A stretch of DNA of 64,000 bases from Octopus sinensis (taxonomy: Eukaryota). Positions 22,630-35,609 of this stretch are shown in pieces (position 1 is the first letter of the stretch; each line of letters begins with the position of its first letter). Under the pieces are notes generated by a model. That model ran no database searches. It worked only from the letters and a program-made list of their open reading frames with translations, and was not told the origin of the DNA. The stretch spans positions 193,750,001 through 193,814,000 of the forward strand of contig NC_042997.1 in NCBI RefSeq assembly GCF_006345805.1, written 5' to 3'. The position numbers and the translations under genes are program-made.

Positions 22630-23213
22630 CCTCTCACACACACACATTCACGCACGCACGCACCACACTTATATGCACACGCATAAATATAAGTTGTATA
22701 TCAGAAGATAGTAAGTATTCCAAATTGTGATACATATTCAAAATGTTTTAATTCATTTGATATTTTCAGTATCGTGTGTTTTCATGGCATCCATAATTAA
22801 TACCTTTCCAAAACCGATGAAGGCAGATGTTTAGTAAATGTTGAAAGCGTTATAATTAACTGTGATAATAGCAACAGCAGCGAATGTAGCCTATATCTTT
22901 ATCAGATACTTCTTGTTAAAATTCATAAATTTCAAGTCAGACAGCGAAGAAAAAAAAGCAGAGAAAAACATTAATGTGTTCTAGAGCTTTCAATAATGAA
23001 AGAAAAAGGAAGAAAATATATAAATGTTGTAGTATTATAAGACGTGACATTTTGGTTCAGAAGCTTGCTTTTGTCTACTGCGTGGTTCCGGGTTCGATCC
23101 CACAGCACGTAACTCCAGGAAAGGTTTTTCTTACTATAACTTTGTGAGTGTAATTTGCAATTTGTTAGACGCTTCTTCTTCGAGAAAATAAGTACCAGAA
23201 CAAATAGTTACTT

Positions 23214-23397
23214 TTGTTTTGGGATTTGGTTTGCAAGATTCTTAATATGAGTTCGTGTGTTGAAGCATATTCCGCTTTATCTGCAAGACGCAACGAAAAT
23301 TTTAGGAAAATAAAAATAAGAAATAAGTGGAAATTCTACCGGTGAGTGTGTTAAGTTATAAGGCACAAAAAGAAAATGACTCTCCCCAGACACAACA
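23214..23397. mobile_element. Short retroposon with inverted segment, copy 2
   Basis: 12-bp TSD AAATAGTTACTT (23202-23213, 23398-23409); 23214-23273 is inverted relative to the copy at 51598-51780. Confidence 0.78.
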
Positions 23398-23439
23398 AAA
23401 TAGTTACTTATTTACATAGCTTGTTAGTTCATTAGTTTC

Positions 23440-23655
23440 CTAGCAATTTAGTTAATCAGTTAGTTTACTAGTAAGTCAGTTAGTCAGTCAGATTGTTGGT
23501 TGGTTAGTCATTTAGTCAGTTAGTCAGTCAGATAGTTGGTTGGTTAGTCATTTAACAAGTTAGTTTATTAACAAGCTTGCTACTTAATTAGCTAGCTAGT
23601 TAACTAGTTAGCTAATAAGTCAGTCAAACAGTAATTAGTTAGCTTGCTTGCTAGT
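23440..23655. repeat. Degenerate (TAGT)/(TCAG)/(TGGT) tetranucleotide repeat
   Basis: Direct reading. Confidence 0.8.
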
Positions 23656-23811
23656 CGATCTCACACGTGTTAGCAAATTTGGTGGCTTCTCCAGTCATCA
23701 CAGTCGGGTATATGTTCACTGCTTTTCCAGTGTGTTGACAGCCTTCGGGTTATCCTGAAAGGTTTAACGTTATGTAGCTTGCAGTCTTTTCTGTCATGTT
23801 CCTCTGGTTTA

Positions 23812-24133
23812 AAAAGACTCCGCCGGTTACGACGACGAGGGTCCCAGCTGATACGATCAACGGAACAGCTTGCTCGTGAAATTAACGTGCAAATGGCTGA
23901 GCATTCCACAGACACGTGTACCCTTAACGTAGTTCTCGGGGATAATCAGCGTGACACAGAGTGTGACAAGGCTGACCCTTTGAAATACAAGTACAACTCA
24001 TTTTTGCCAGCTGAGTGGACTGGAGCAACCTGAAATAAAGTGTCTTGCTCAAGGACACAACGCGTCGCCGGGAATCGAACTCACAACCTTACGATCATGA
24101 GCCGAATGCCCTAACCACTAAGCCACGCGCCCT
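23812..24133 (-). mobile_element. SINE D full length
   Basis: tRNA head, CORE-like segment and D-specific 3' half. Confidence 0.88.
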
Positions 24134-24447
24134 CACGCTCCTCTGGTTAGTGTCCATCTCAATGCTTTTTTGTTTCATATCAAGGATCTGGTAGCCATAT
24201 GATGTTATCAGTCAATCGTATAGTTGTTCCTTTGCAATGTTTGCGTCATCACATTTTTTTTTTTTGGCATGATCATGGTAAAAAACTCTCCGGATTTTTC
24301 TTGAACCATTTCGGTAAAATATTCAAATTTAAGGTAATTTCTCTTCAATTTTATCCCGTATTTACATATAGGGCCTTTGATAGTGCAGATACTGTACAAG
24401 CGGATCTTAATGTTGATGTCCAGTGTGTTCATGGGCCAGATTTTGTA

Positions 24448-25013
24448 TTGGGTTGTCCGGAAAGTTCCTGCCGATTTTTAAAGGAAAGAAAGAGGTCAAT
24501 AAATACTTGCCATTACATTTTTAATCAACCAGATATGAACCGTTTTGTTGCACAATGTGTCTCCATCTTTCCTTTAATTTGAAAATACCCTCTTCCCAGA
24601 ATTGAGGTGGTTTCTTGGCAAAGAATTCATCAAGGTATCTTTTTACGTCATCGAAGGAATTGAAATGTTTACCATTAAGACTATTCTGCAGAGACCTGAA
24701 TAAGGGGAAATCCGAAGGAGCAATATCTGGTGAATATGGAGGGTTGGGTAACACATCCCAGCCGAGCTGCAGCAATTTTTGTCTGGTTCCCAAAGCATCA
24801 AGTACCGAAAATGAACTTTCTTATCTTCCATTTTAAAAGGTTACAGAATTAACACAGGTTATAGGAACATAAATCTTCTTCCACGAAAAGATAGCTTAAA
24901 CTGTGTTCTAAATGGAGGTGTAGTCAAATCCTATTTTATGGACTCAGCCATATTCTAAAATAAGTCGAAATGTAAGCTACTATAAATCGGCACGAACTTT
25001 CCGGACAACCCAA
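24448..25013 (-). mobile_element. Internally deleted mariner (DD34D) transposon, 566 bp, both TIRs intact
   Basis: 30-bp TIRs TTGGGTTGTCCGGAAAGTTCSTGCCGATTT with TA duplications; transposase N-terminus MEDKKVHFRYLMLWE fused to C-terminus ..LGWDVLPNPPYSPDIAPSDFPLFRSLQNSL..NGSYLVD*. Confidence 0.93.
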
Positions 25014-25034
25014 TACATTTGCTGAAACATTGGT

Positions 25035-25240
25035 TTCAAATTTTGGCACAAGACCAGTAATTTTGGAGGAGGGAATAAGTCGATTACATCGACCCCAGTG
25101 TTCAACTGGTACTTATTTTATCGATCTCGAAAGGATGAAAGGCAAAGTCGATTTCGCTGAAATTTGAATTCAGAATGTAAAGACGGACGAAATGCCGCTA
25201 TGAATTTTGTCCGGCCTGCTAACGATTCTACCCGCTCCCT
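25035..25240 (-). mobile_element. SINE A, older subfamily
   Basis: Homologous to the copies at 50.0-50.6 kb. Confidence 0.75.
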
Positions 25241-25524
25241 ATTTATCCATTTGATGAAATATTGCTGTCATCTCTCCGATTCAGCATTTCGCATCGGTTC
25301 TAGTGTCTCCATTATCGCACAGAAAATTACCAAGGAACTCAAATCGATACATGTCTTCGACAGTCAGCTCTACGTCTATCAAAATGAAGTTCTTACTCCT
25401 TGACTGATCTCCATGGCCTTTGTCTTTTCTGATTTCCTTCCCAGTTTGTCTGTTTTTTCCTTATCATTTCACTCAGGCGTTGAGTTAGCTCTTATCACTC
25501 GTTTCTAGATTCAGTCAATAACAT

Positions 25525-25862
25525 CAACGTAACCCAGGTCAGTCACCAACGTAACCTTTATCAACCACCAACGTAACCCAGGTCAGCCACCTACGTAACC
25601 AAGTTCAGCCACCAACGTAACCCAAGTCTGCCACTAACGTAGCCTAGGTCAGCCACCAATGTAACTCAGTTCAACCTCCAACGTAGCCCAGGTTAGATAC
25701 CAACGTAGCCCAGTCAGCCACTAACGTAATCCAGGTCAACCACCAACGTAATCCAGGTCAGCCACTAACGTAACACAGGTCAACCACCAACGTAACCCAG
25801 TTTCAGCCACCAAAATAACCCACGTCAGCCACCAACGTAACTCAGGTCAACGTAGCTCAAGT
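25525..25862. repeat. 22-bp minisatellite (CAACGTAACCCAGGTCAGCCAC)x~15
   Basis: Direct reading; the units are moderately diverged. Confidence 0.92.
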
Positions 25863-26168
25863 TTTGATCTTTCCACTTGCTCCCATGTTCATTACTTCCG
25901 ATTGCCTTCTTTGTGATAAATCCACATTAAGCAGGAAAAGAAGTGGTGATAGATTCATCCTTACCGAATTCGGGTGGGGGATGTCAAAATATTAAATGCT
26001 TTTTTATTTTCTGTCTGCACAGAGTAAACTGATTTAATAAATACTTCTAAAGCTTCCATATAGAACTCCGGGATCTCATAAATTTTTGCGATACTCCACA
26101 GAGATTCTCCAGGTACTCTTTCAAATGCCTTTTGTAAGTCAGGTTAGTACATTTTGCCAAGCCATTCT

Positions 26169-26769
26169 TATTTCTTTATTGCCCACAAGGGGATAAACAT
26201 AGAGGGGATAAACAAGGACAGACAAATGGATTAAATCGATTACATCGACCCCAGTGCGTAACTGGTACTTAATTTATCGACCCTCGAAAGGATGAAAGGC
26301 AAAGTCGACCTCGGCGGAATTTGAACTCAGAACGTAACGGCAGACGAAATACCTATTTCTTTACTACCCATAAGGGGCTAAACATAGAGGGGACAAACAA
26401 GGACAGACAAACGGATTAAGTCGATTATATCGACCCCAGTGCGTAACTGGTACTTATTTAATCGACCCGAAAGGATGAAAGGCAAAGTCGACCTCGGCGG
26501 AATTTGAACTCAGAACGTAACGGCAGACGAAATACCTATTTCTTTACTACCCATAAGGGGCTAAACATAGAGGGGACAAACAAGGACAGACAAACGGATT
26601 AAGTCGATTATATCGACCCCAGTGCGTAAATGGTACTTATTTAATCGACCCGGAAAGGATGAAAGGCAAAGTCGACCTCGGCGGAATTTGAACTCAGAAC
26701 ATAACGGCAGACGAAATACGGCTACGCACTTCGCCCGGCGTGCCAACGTTTCTGCCAGCTCGCCGCCTT
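26169..26769 (-). mobile_element. SINE A trimer (one head, three ~180-bp body/tail units)
   Basis: Three tandem units; a single flanking duplication CCAAGCCATTCT (26157-26168, 26778-26789). Confidence 0.9.
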
Positions 26770-28539
26770 TTGATTTACCAAGCCATTCTGATTTACGATT
26801 GACGGCTGGCTGTACTGCACCAGTAGAAAAGAATCATAAAAATATAGCTTGAATGTGAAATATATATATTCTAAGCCTCATTAAAAGCAGATAAAATAGA
26901 AAACGATTTACTTTTATGAAATTTTAGTTTTATTTATCTTCAGTTTTCTGCATGGTATTGCTGCAATACAGTATATTAAATAGGATGATAATTTTTACAG
27001 GCATATTGTTCATGAAGTGTGATTGATAAGGTTGCCGGAAAGAATGCTCTTTGGAGCAGAAGATATATTAACACTGGTAAATTAAACACAGAATACTTCC
27101 TGATAAGGAAATAAAATGGCGCAGATGAAATTGGTTAAGGATAAGTATATACTTAATGATTCTTAAACAATATTAGGATAACGGCAATGTATTATTATTC
27201 AACGGAATAATACGTAATTATTGCGAAAATTCATTATAATATTGTATTTATTTTACTGTATATCATTTTGCTGACTGAGAGAGAGATATGTTTAATGAGA
27301 CTCTTGAGAAAATGGCAATTGCTATCGAAATAACTAAATGCCTACGTTTCATCTGTTTAAGAAATTTTTCAAGTAATGAGTGACTTCAGGATAAACCCCA
27401 TGTGTCATTATGTAATTAAAGTAAAAGCAATGGAAGCCACAACTATAACAATTACAATATTCAGAGCCGTTGAATGTGCCGCTAGGTGGTCGTTTGAGAT
27501 GCTAGACACAGCTGTCATTAAATCTATTTCAAAATACACTCTGCCATCTTACAGAAATTAAAGACACATTGCATAATAAGGCTCAAGATAAATAAGACGG
27601 AATGGTCACTGTTGGAAGGCTTTTTTGTCGATCGGGGTCAACCAACAACAAAAAAAGTAAATATTAACAATGATTATGTCTTAACTGAAACATAAACGAA
27701 ATGTTCCAGTTGACAGCAGACTATTATTTTTTTCCTGTTTTAATTTTTTATTGGAATGATCTCGAGTGGGGGCTGCGCCATGTCACATCAGCAGGCACCC
27801 AGAGCCCATCGGAAACAAAGCAGTTAATGTTTTCCATGAAAGGTTGCAGGTCGGAGGTTGCAAAATAAAACATGTGCCAAGTAGGAGGTTGGAGAAGGGT
27901 TGTATGGTGGATGCATTAAGGGTGGATAAACGAATGAGTTGGCAGTGCGTGGGGAGATGTAGCACGTGACCATACAGTCAGCTTATTGGTAAGCGATTTT
28001 GTGCTGGTGAGCGATTTCGTGTCTGCCAGTTGGAAGGTCTTTCTTGTAATGAGGGCTAAAACCTCTCTGTGTGTAGCAGCAGCGGAATATTGCCCACAAG
28101 TGAAACAGTATTCCGCTCTGGTTTTTTTTTTTACCTAAGCTTTGTAGTGGGTTAGTAGTTGATGGGAGGTGAAGTATTTTCTAGGACTATAAACAAAGGT
28201 CAGTTACTGGAATGCAGTATTTGCAATGTTAGATATGTGCGTCTGTCAGGAGAGTTCCAAGATATATATACATACACACACATATATGCATACATATATA
28301 TATATATATATATATTGGTAAAAACGGTAAGATAACAAAAGAAAGAAAGAGACCTCAATGTTATGTATATAGAGGAATTTATCAGTAAATATAAATAAAT
28401 ATATATATATATATATAACAACACATACACACACACACATATATATGAATTGTCATATTGTTACTATTCATATTTGTATTAAGTGTTGATTACCCTAGTT
28501 AAAAACTGGTTCCTTGCTAATTATATTTTACTGATATAT

Positions 28540-28579
<40 letters not shown>

Positions 28580-28582
<3 letters not shown>

Positions 28583-28920
28583 CTTTACTTCCACACACCC
28601 CAGCTTAATTTAATTCGTCCTTAATCGAAAGACACCTGTTGTTATGTCCTGTTATTTGCATTTGTATTTGTGTAACATTTCTCCGTTTTTTTCCGTCCTT
28701 GTTTTCGTATACATTTGCTGCTCTCTTCCGAGGAATCTAATGCTCCTAGCTTAGTTTTTCCTTGGGGCTAGCCATATTGGAGCAATCTCGAGTATAACCA
28801 GCCGAAATTGCAAAGATAACCTGTAACTCGAATGAGGAAAGAAAACTCCGAATGACCTGTCCTTGTTTTCTTTGTATCGTCTGTCCTGGATGCTTTGAGT
28901 TCTTGTCCCATTTTTGTATT
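28580..28920 (+). mobile_element. ~340-bp element embedded in (TA)n, Penelope pLTR-like
   Basis: (TA)n on both sides; segment TAATGCTCCTAGCTTAG..CCTTGGGGCTAGCC resembles 58853-58885; degenerate hammerhead-like CGAATGA-GGA..TCC-GAAT at ~28829-28853. Confidence 0.4.
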
Positions 28921-28946
28921 ATATATATATATCACACACACACACC

Positions 28947-28989
<43 letters not shown>

Positions 28990-29044
28990 ATATATATATA
29001 TATATATTATATATATACACACGCAGACTCGCACACACACACAC

Positions 29045-29200
29045 AACAGCTTCTTTCAGTTTCCATCTACCAAATCCACTCACAAGGCTTTGTTCGGGCC
29101 AAGGCTATAGTAGAAGACGCTTGCCAAAATGTGCCACGCAGTGGAACTGAACCTGGAACCATGTGGTTGGAAAGCAAGCTGCTAACCACACATCCACGCC
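29045..29200 (-). mobile_element. SINE B 5' half
   Basis: Head and CORE-like segment. Confidence 0.85.
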
Positions 29201-29237
29201 TTCGTAAGGTCTCTTACGAAGTACCGTATTTTTTTCA

Positions 29238-31437
29238 TTTTATGAAATACTTTGCTCACTGACTCTGAGTACCACCGTTTTATGAAACGATTTGCTTACT
29301 GACTCCGAGTACCACCGTTTTATGAAACGATTTGCTTACTGACTCCGAGTACCACCGTTTTATGAAACGATTTGCTTACTGACTCCGAGTACCACCGTTT
29401 TATGAAACGATTTGCTTACTGACTCCGAGTACCACCGTTTTATGAAACGATTTGCTTACTGACTTCGAGTACCACCGTTTTATGAACGTTTGTCTTACTG
29501 ACTCCGAGTACCACCGTTTTATGAAACGATTTGCTTACTGACTCCGAGTACCACCGTTTTATGAAACGATTTGCTTACTGACTCCGAGTACCACCGTTTT
29601 ATGAAACGATTTGCTTACTGACTTCGAGTACCACCGTTTTATGAAACGATTTGCTTACTGACTCCGAGTACCACCGTTTTATGAAACGATTTGCTTACTG
29701 ACTCCGAGTACCACCGTTTTATGAAACGATTTGCTTACTGACTCCGAGTACCACCGTTTTATGAAACGATTTGCTTACTGACTCCGAGTACCACCGTTTT
29801 ATGAAACGATTTGCTTACTGACTTCGAGTACCACCGTTTTATGAAACGATTTGCTTACTGACTCCGAGTACCACCGTTTTATGAAACGATTTGCTTACTG
29901 ACTCCGAGTACCACCGTTTTATGAAACGATTTGCTTACTGACTTCGAGTACCACCAACGTTTTATTGAAACGATTTGCTTACTGACTTCCGAGTACCACA
30001 CGTTTTATGAAACGATTTGCTCACTGACTCCGAGTACCACCTTTTTATGAAACGATTTGCTCACTGGCTTCGAGTACCACCGTTTTATGAACGATTTGCT
30101 TACTGACTTCCGATACCACCGTTTTATGAAACATATTGCTTACTGACGCCGAGTACCACCGTTTTTATGAAACGATTTGCTTACTGCCTCCGAGTAACCA
30201 CCGTTTTATGAAACGTTTGCTTTACTGACGTCCGAGTACCAACCGTTTGTTTTTTAATGAAACGATTTGCTTCACTGACTTTGAGTACCCCACCGTTTTA
30301 TGAAACGATTTGCTTACTGACTCCGAGTACCACTGTTTAATGAACGATTTGCTTACTGACTCCGAGTACCACCGTTTTATGAAACGATTTGCTTACTGAC
30401 CCGAGTACCACCGTTTTATGAACCCTTTGCTCACTGACTCCGAGTAACCACCGTTTTATGAAACGATTTGCTTACTGACTTGAGTACCACCGTTTTATGA
30501 ACGATTTGCTTACTGACAGCCCGAGTACCACCGTTTTAATGAAACATTTGCTTACTAACTCTGAGTACCCCACCGTTTTATGAAACACTTTTCTCACTAA
30601 AAACTCCCGAGTACCACCGTTTTATGAAACACTTTTCACACTAACTCCTCGTACCCACCGTTTTATGAAACACTTTTTCTCACTAACTCCCGATACCACA
30701 CCGTTTTTATGAAACACTTTTCTCACACTAACGTCCGAGTACTACCGTTTTAATGAAACACTTTTCTCACAACTCCGAGTACTACCGTTTTTTATGAAAC
30801 ACTTTTTCTCCTAACTAACTAACTCCGGAGTACCCACCGTTTTATGAAACACTTTTCTCACTAACTCCGAGTACCACACCGTTTTTATGAACACTTTTTC
30901 TCACTAACTCCTAATACCACCGTTTTAATGAAACCTTTTCTTCTCACTAACTCCGAGTACCACCGTTTATGAAACACTTTTCTCACTAACATCCGAGTAT
31001 CACCGTTTTATAAACACTTTTCTCACTAACTCCGAGTACCACCGTTTTATGAAACACTTTTCTCACTAACTCCGAGTACCACCGTTTTATGAAACACTTT
31101 TCTCACTAACTCCGAGTACCACCGTTTTATGAAACACTTTTCTCACTAACTCCGAGTACCACCGTTTTATGAAACACTTTTCTCACTAACTCCGAGTACC
31201 ACCGTTTTATGAAACACTTTTCTCACTAACTCCGAGTACCACCGTTTTATGAAACACTTTTCTCACTAAATCCGATTACCACCGTTTTATGAACACTTTT
31301 TCTCACTAACTCCGAGTACCACCGTTTTATGAAACACTTTTCTCACTAACTCCGAGTACCACCGTTTTATGAAACACTTTTCTCACTAACTCCGAGTACC
31401 ACCGTTTTATGAAACGATTTGCTTACTGACTTCGAGT
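29238..31437. repeat. 40-bp satellite, ~55 units, two sequence variants
   Basis: Left variant GAGTACCACCGTTTTATGAAACGATTTGCTTACTGACTCC; right variant GAGTACCACCGTTTTATGAAACACTTTTCTCACTAACTCC; no spacers. Confidence 0.97.
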
Positions 31438-31614
31438 GCAACTTGAATAATTTCTCTGACATTTATTCAATTTGTTTACAAAAGCATTTTCCATCTTTTT
31501 TTTTTTCCTGACAAAATGAAAATAAAAATCAACAGCTGATGTTATAAAACTACCAACCTTTCTTTTCATACTTCATACACAATCTGTGCGCATACCCCTA
31601 CACTCTCGAACAAA

Positions 31615-32920
31615 CACTCCCACACGCACCCACACACACACACACACACCACACACACCCACACTCACACACACACCACACACCACACACACACACACAC
31701 ACAAACACCACAACACACAACACACACAAACCACACACCACACACACACACACCACACACACACACCTCACACACACACAAACCACACACACACAACACA
31801 CACACACACACACCAACACACCACACCCACACACACACACACAACACACACAACACACACACACACACCAACACACACACACCACTCACACAACACACCA
31901 CACACAACACACACACACAACACACACACAAACAACCCACTCACACACACACACACCACACACGTACACACACACAAAGACACAAATATTCTCGCACACA
32001 CACACATACGCATACTCAAACGCACACAAATACTCTCTCGCGCACACATACACGCACATACATACATATGCACAAAGACACGCAAATACTCTCACACACA
32101 CACCAACACAAGCACACATGCACACATAAACACACACCGACAATCGTGCACATGCACCAACCAACGCACATATATACACACGTACGATTTCTTTCTTTCC
32201 TTTTTTCTCTCTCTCTCTCTCTCTCTTACACACACTCACCCGTACTTACACACACATACATACATACATACATACATACACACATACATATATGCATACA
32301 TATATACTTAGATACACATATACACACACACATACACATATACACACGTATATACATACGCGCATACATACATACATACATACATACACACATACATGTA
32401 TGCATACATATATACTTAGATACACATATACACACACACATACATACATACAAACATACATACATACATACATGCATACATACATACATACATACATACA
32501 TACATGCATACATTACATACATCATACATGCATACATACATACATACATGCATACATACATGCATACATACATACATACATGCATGCATACATACATACA
32601 CACATACATACGCGCATACATACATACATACATACATACATACATACATACATACATACATACACACATACATGTATGCATACATATATACTTAGATACA
32701 CATATACACACATACATACATACATACAAACATACACACATACATACATACATACATACATACATACATGATACATACATAAACACATACATACGCGCAT
32801 ACATACATACATACATACATGCATACATACATACATACATACATGCATACATACATACATACATACATACATACATACATACATACATACATACATACAT
32901 ACATACATACATACATACGC
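31615..32920. repeat. Degenerate (CA)n followed by a (CATA)n field
   Basis: Direct reading. Confidence 0.95.
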
Positions 32921-33699
32921 ACGAACAGATCCACTCTAACACCCAAACACACAAATACATACATAAATAAATTCTTTATGAATCAACACATTTACATACA
33001 GCGCTCACATTTTCATAGTTAAATGAAAGTATATATATGAAAAAGAAAAACAAAACAACAAAAAAAAAAAACACTATGGAAAAACTCTGTACGTAAACTT
33101 GGTTAGAATCTTCAATATGTTAATAATCCTACTTATACAAGCAGTCAATGATGCCATTTTGACAAAAGTGGAAAATCGACAGCTCAAAATGTCATTTGAG
33201 GCGCCTTTAGTTGAAGCAAGTTGAATGCAAAAGACATTGAAGGAAGAAGACGAGAGAGAGAGGGAGACAAAGGCGGGGGGGGGGACGACAGAGAGGTGGA
33301 AAGAGAGCGAGGGATTAGAAAATATAGGTCAATTCTATTGACCGCTGGACTTGGCTGTCTCCGAGTACGAGCGCATAACATATTTATTTGCAGGCTTTTG
33401 ACTAGCGCAGATCTGATGTATGGATTAATGGCTGTCGAGATGAAAGTATTTAAATTAAGTTAAGCATATTGCAATGGGCTGGCTAGTTAGCTGGTTGGCT
33501 TATTATTTCCTGTTATTTAGATGGTCATCTTTCAGAGGGCGATAATTAATTGAAGACGCCCTCCCCCACTTCCCTTTCTTCTGGTCTCGCAATAATTCGC
33601 ACAAAATTTTGTTGCTAAATCCCTTTTGAATTATATCGTCAGCGGTGTTTGTCATTAAGATGTAGTACCATAAAAATGAAAAAAAAAAAAAAAGACAGA

Positions 33700-34355
33700 A
33701 GAGGAAGTATTTCTTCTTCCTCTCCCTCTTCATCTTTTCTTTCTCCCCTCTGTATTCTTCTTCTTTTTTCCTCTTTCTCCTCCTCCACCTCCTTCGCCTC
33801 TTCTTCCATTTCTCCCCTTCTCTTTCTCCATTCATCTACTTTGCCTCCTCTTCATCTTCCTTTATTTTTCTCATCCATTTCTTCTTTCATTTCTTCTCTT
33901 TCTTCATACATCGCATCCACCTTCTTCTTCTTCTTTCTTCTTCTTCCTCCTCCTCCTCCTCCTCCTCCTCTTCTTCTTCTTCTTCTTCTTCTTCTTTTCT
34001 TCTTCCTATTCTGCCTATTCTTCTTCTTCTTCTTCCTATACTTTCTTCTCTTCTTTTCTTCCTTCTCTTCTCCTTTCTTCTTTTCTTCTTCTTCGTTCTT
34101 CTTCTTCTTCTTCTTCTTTTCTTCTTTTCTTTCTCCTCTTCTTCTTCCTCCTCTTTTCTCTTCTTCTCTCTTTTTCTTCTTCTTTCTTTTTCTCTTCCTA
34201 TTCTTCTTTCTTCTTCCTCCTATTCTTCTTCTTCTTCTTCTTCTTCTTTTCTTCTTCTTTTTTTTCTTCTTCTTCTTCTTTCTTCTTCTTCTCTTCGTCT
34301 CCTCCTCCTTTTCCTCCTCTTCCCTCTTGCCTCTTCTTTCATCACCACCACCATT
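33700..34355. repeat. ~650-bp polypyrimidine (CTT/CCT/TC) tract
   Basis: Almost only C and T on the plus strand. Confidence 0.95.
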
Positions 34356-34639
34356 CTTAATATTCACTTCTTAGCTATCACTTTCCTAAATCGAAACCTA
34401 CTTTATATAATAACGACACCAAACGAATGGTTTTTTGAATGTTTTCAAATTAAGACGTTTCAACGCTATACAACACGACTTCACAGACATATCGCTTCAA
34501 GATGCTCACTTTCAATGTAAAAATCTATAACCCTTAAAAATTACTTTTATTGGGAACACATCTGCTTCGGAATTTTATTTATTTATTAATTTCAGAGTTT
34601 GATTTCATAAAGTTATATATAACAAAAAGTTACTTTATG

Positions 34640-34678
<39 letters not shown>

Positions 34679-34986
34679 TTCAGTAAAATTTAGATTCAGT
34701 TGAATATGGTATATGTATAAATATATACAATATGTGTTGCACACACACACATGCACGCACACACATACATATATGTATATATACATATAAGTATATGCGT
34801 ATTATGCATGTATATATATAGATATTATATGTAAGTATGTTTGTATGTATATATATATATATATATATACATATGAGAAATAAGGATTAGCACAAGTTTA
34901 TATTATAGACACACATATAATATATATACTTGTATTATGAGAATAAGCGTAACTATGTATGTAAACACACACACACACACACACAC

Positions 34987-35031
<45 letters not shown>

Positions 35032-35208
35032 TTTTACTATATATATTATTTATACTATATATTCTATATTCTACATTAATATTATAAAGAATATAATAAA
35101 ACATAAAAAACAGAGTTTCAATTCCTTTGAATAATATATATTCCTCTATACACAATCAAACAAACCCCTTTATACACACACACACACACCACACACACAC
35201 ACACACAT

Positions 35209-35272
<64 letters not shown>

Positions 35273-35308
35273 TAATATATATATATATATATATTAATAA
35301 TATATATA

Positions 35309-35352
<44 letters not shown>

Positions 35353-35609
35353 TATATATATATACATACATATATATATCAGAACGACAATAAGCAATGC
35401 GACAGATGGGCGCATCTGGAAAATAATTTTGATTTACGTCAGAGAATTCGTTGAAAATGTTCATTTTAGTAAAACTGAAATTTAATTGGATTTCAGCCTT
35501 ACATTTCAAAATTTAGTTATGAATTGCGACTGCTTCATCACCGTTTCCTGTTTGTCGATATATTTCCTTCGGCGCACTTTCTCCTTTATTAACAATTATA
35601 GTTGATTCA

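Noticed and set aside
27760-28140. GC-richer segment as a LINE apurinic endonuclease relic
   Set aside because: Only vague resemblance (..QPP.., ..CLLM..); no diagnostic GDFN or SDH motif.
29238-31437. CRISPR array interpretation of the 40-bp repeat
   Set aside because: Units are contiguous with no unique spacers, there are no cas genes, and the context is eukaryotic.
33380-33450. Possible micro-exon (tttgcag|..LLTSADLMYGLMAVEMK|gtattt)
   Set aside because: Weak donor site, no partner exons found and no recognisable homology.
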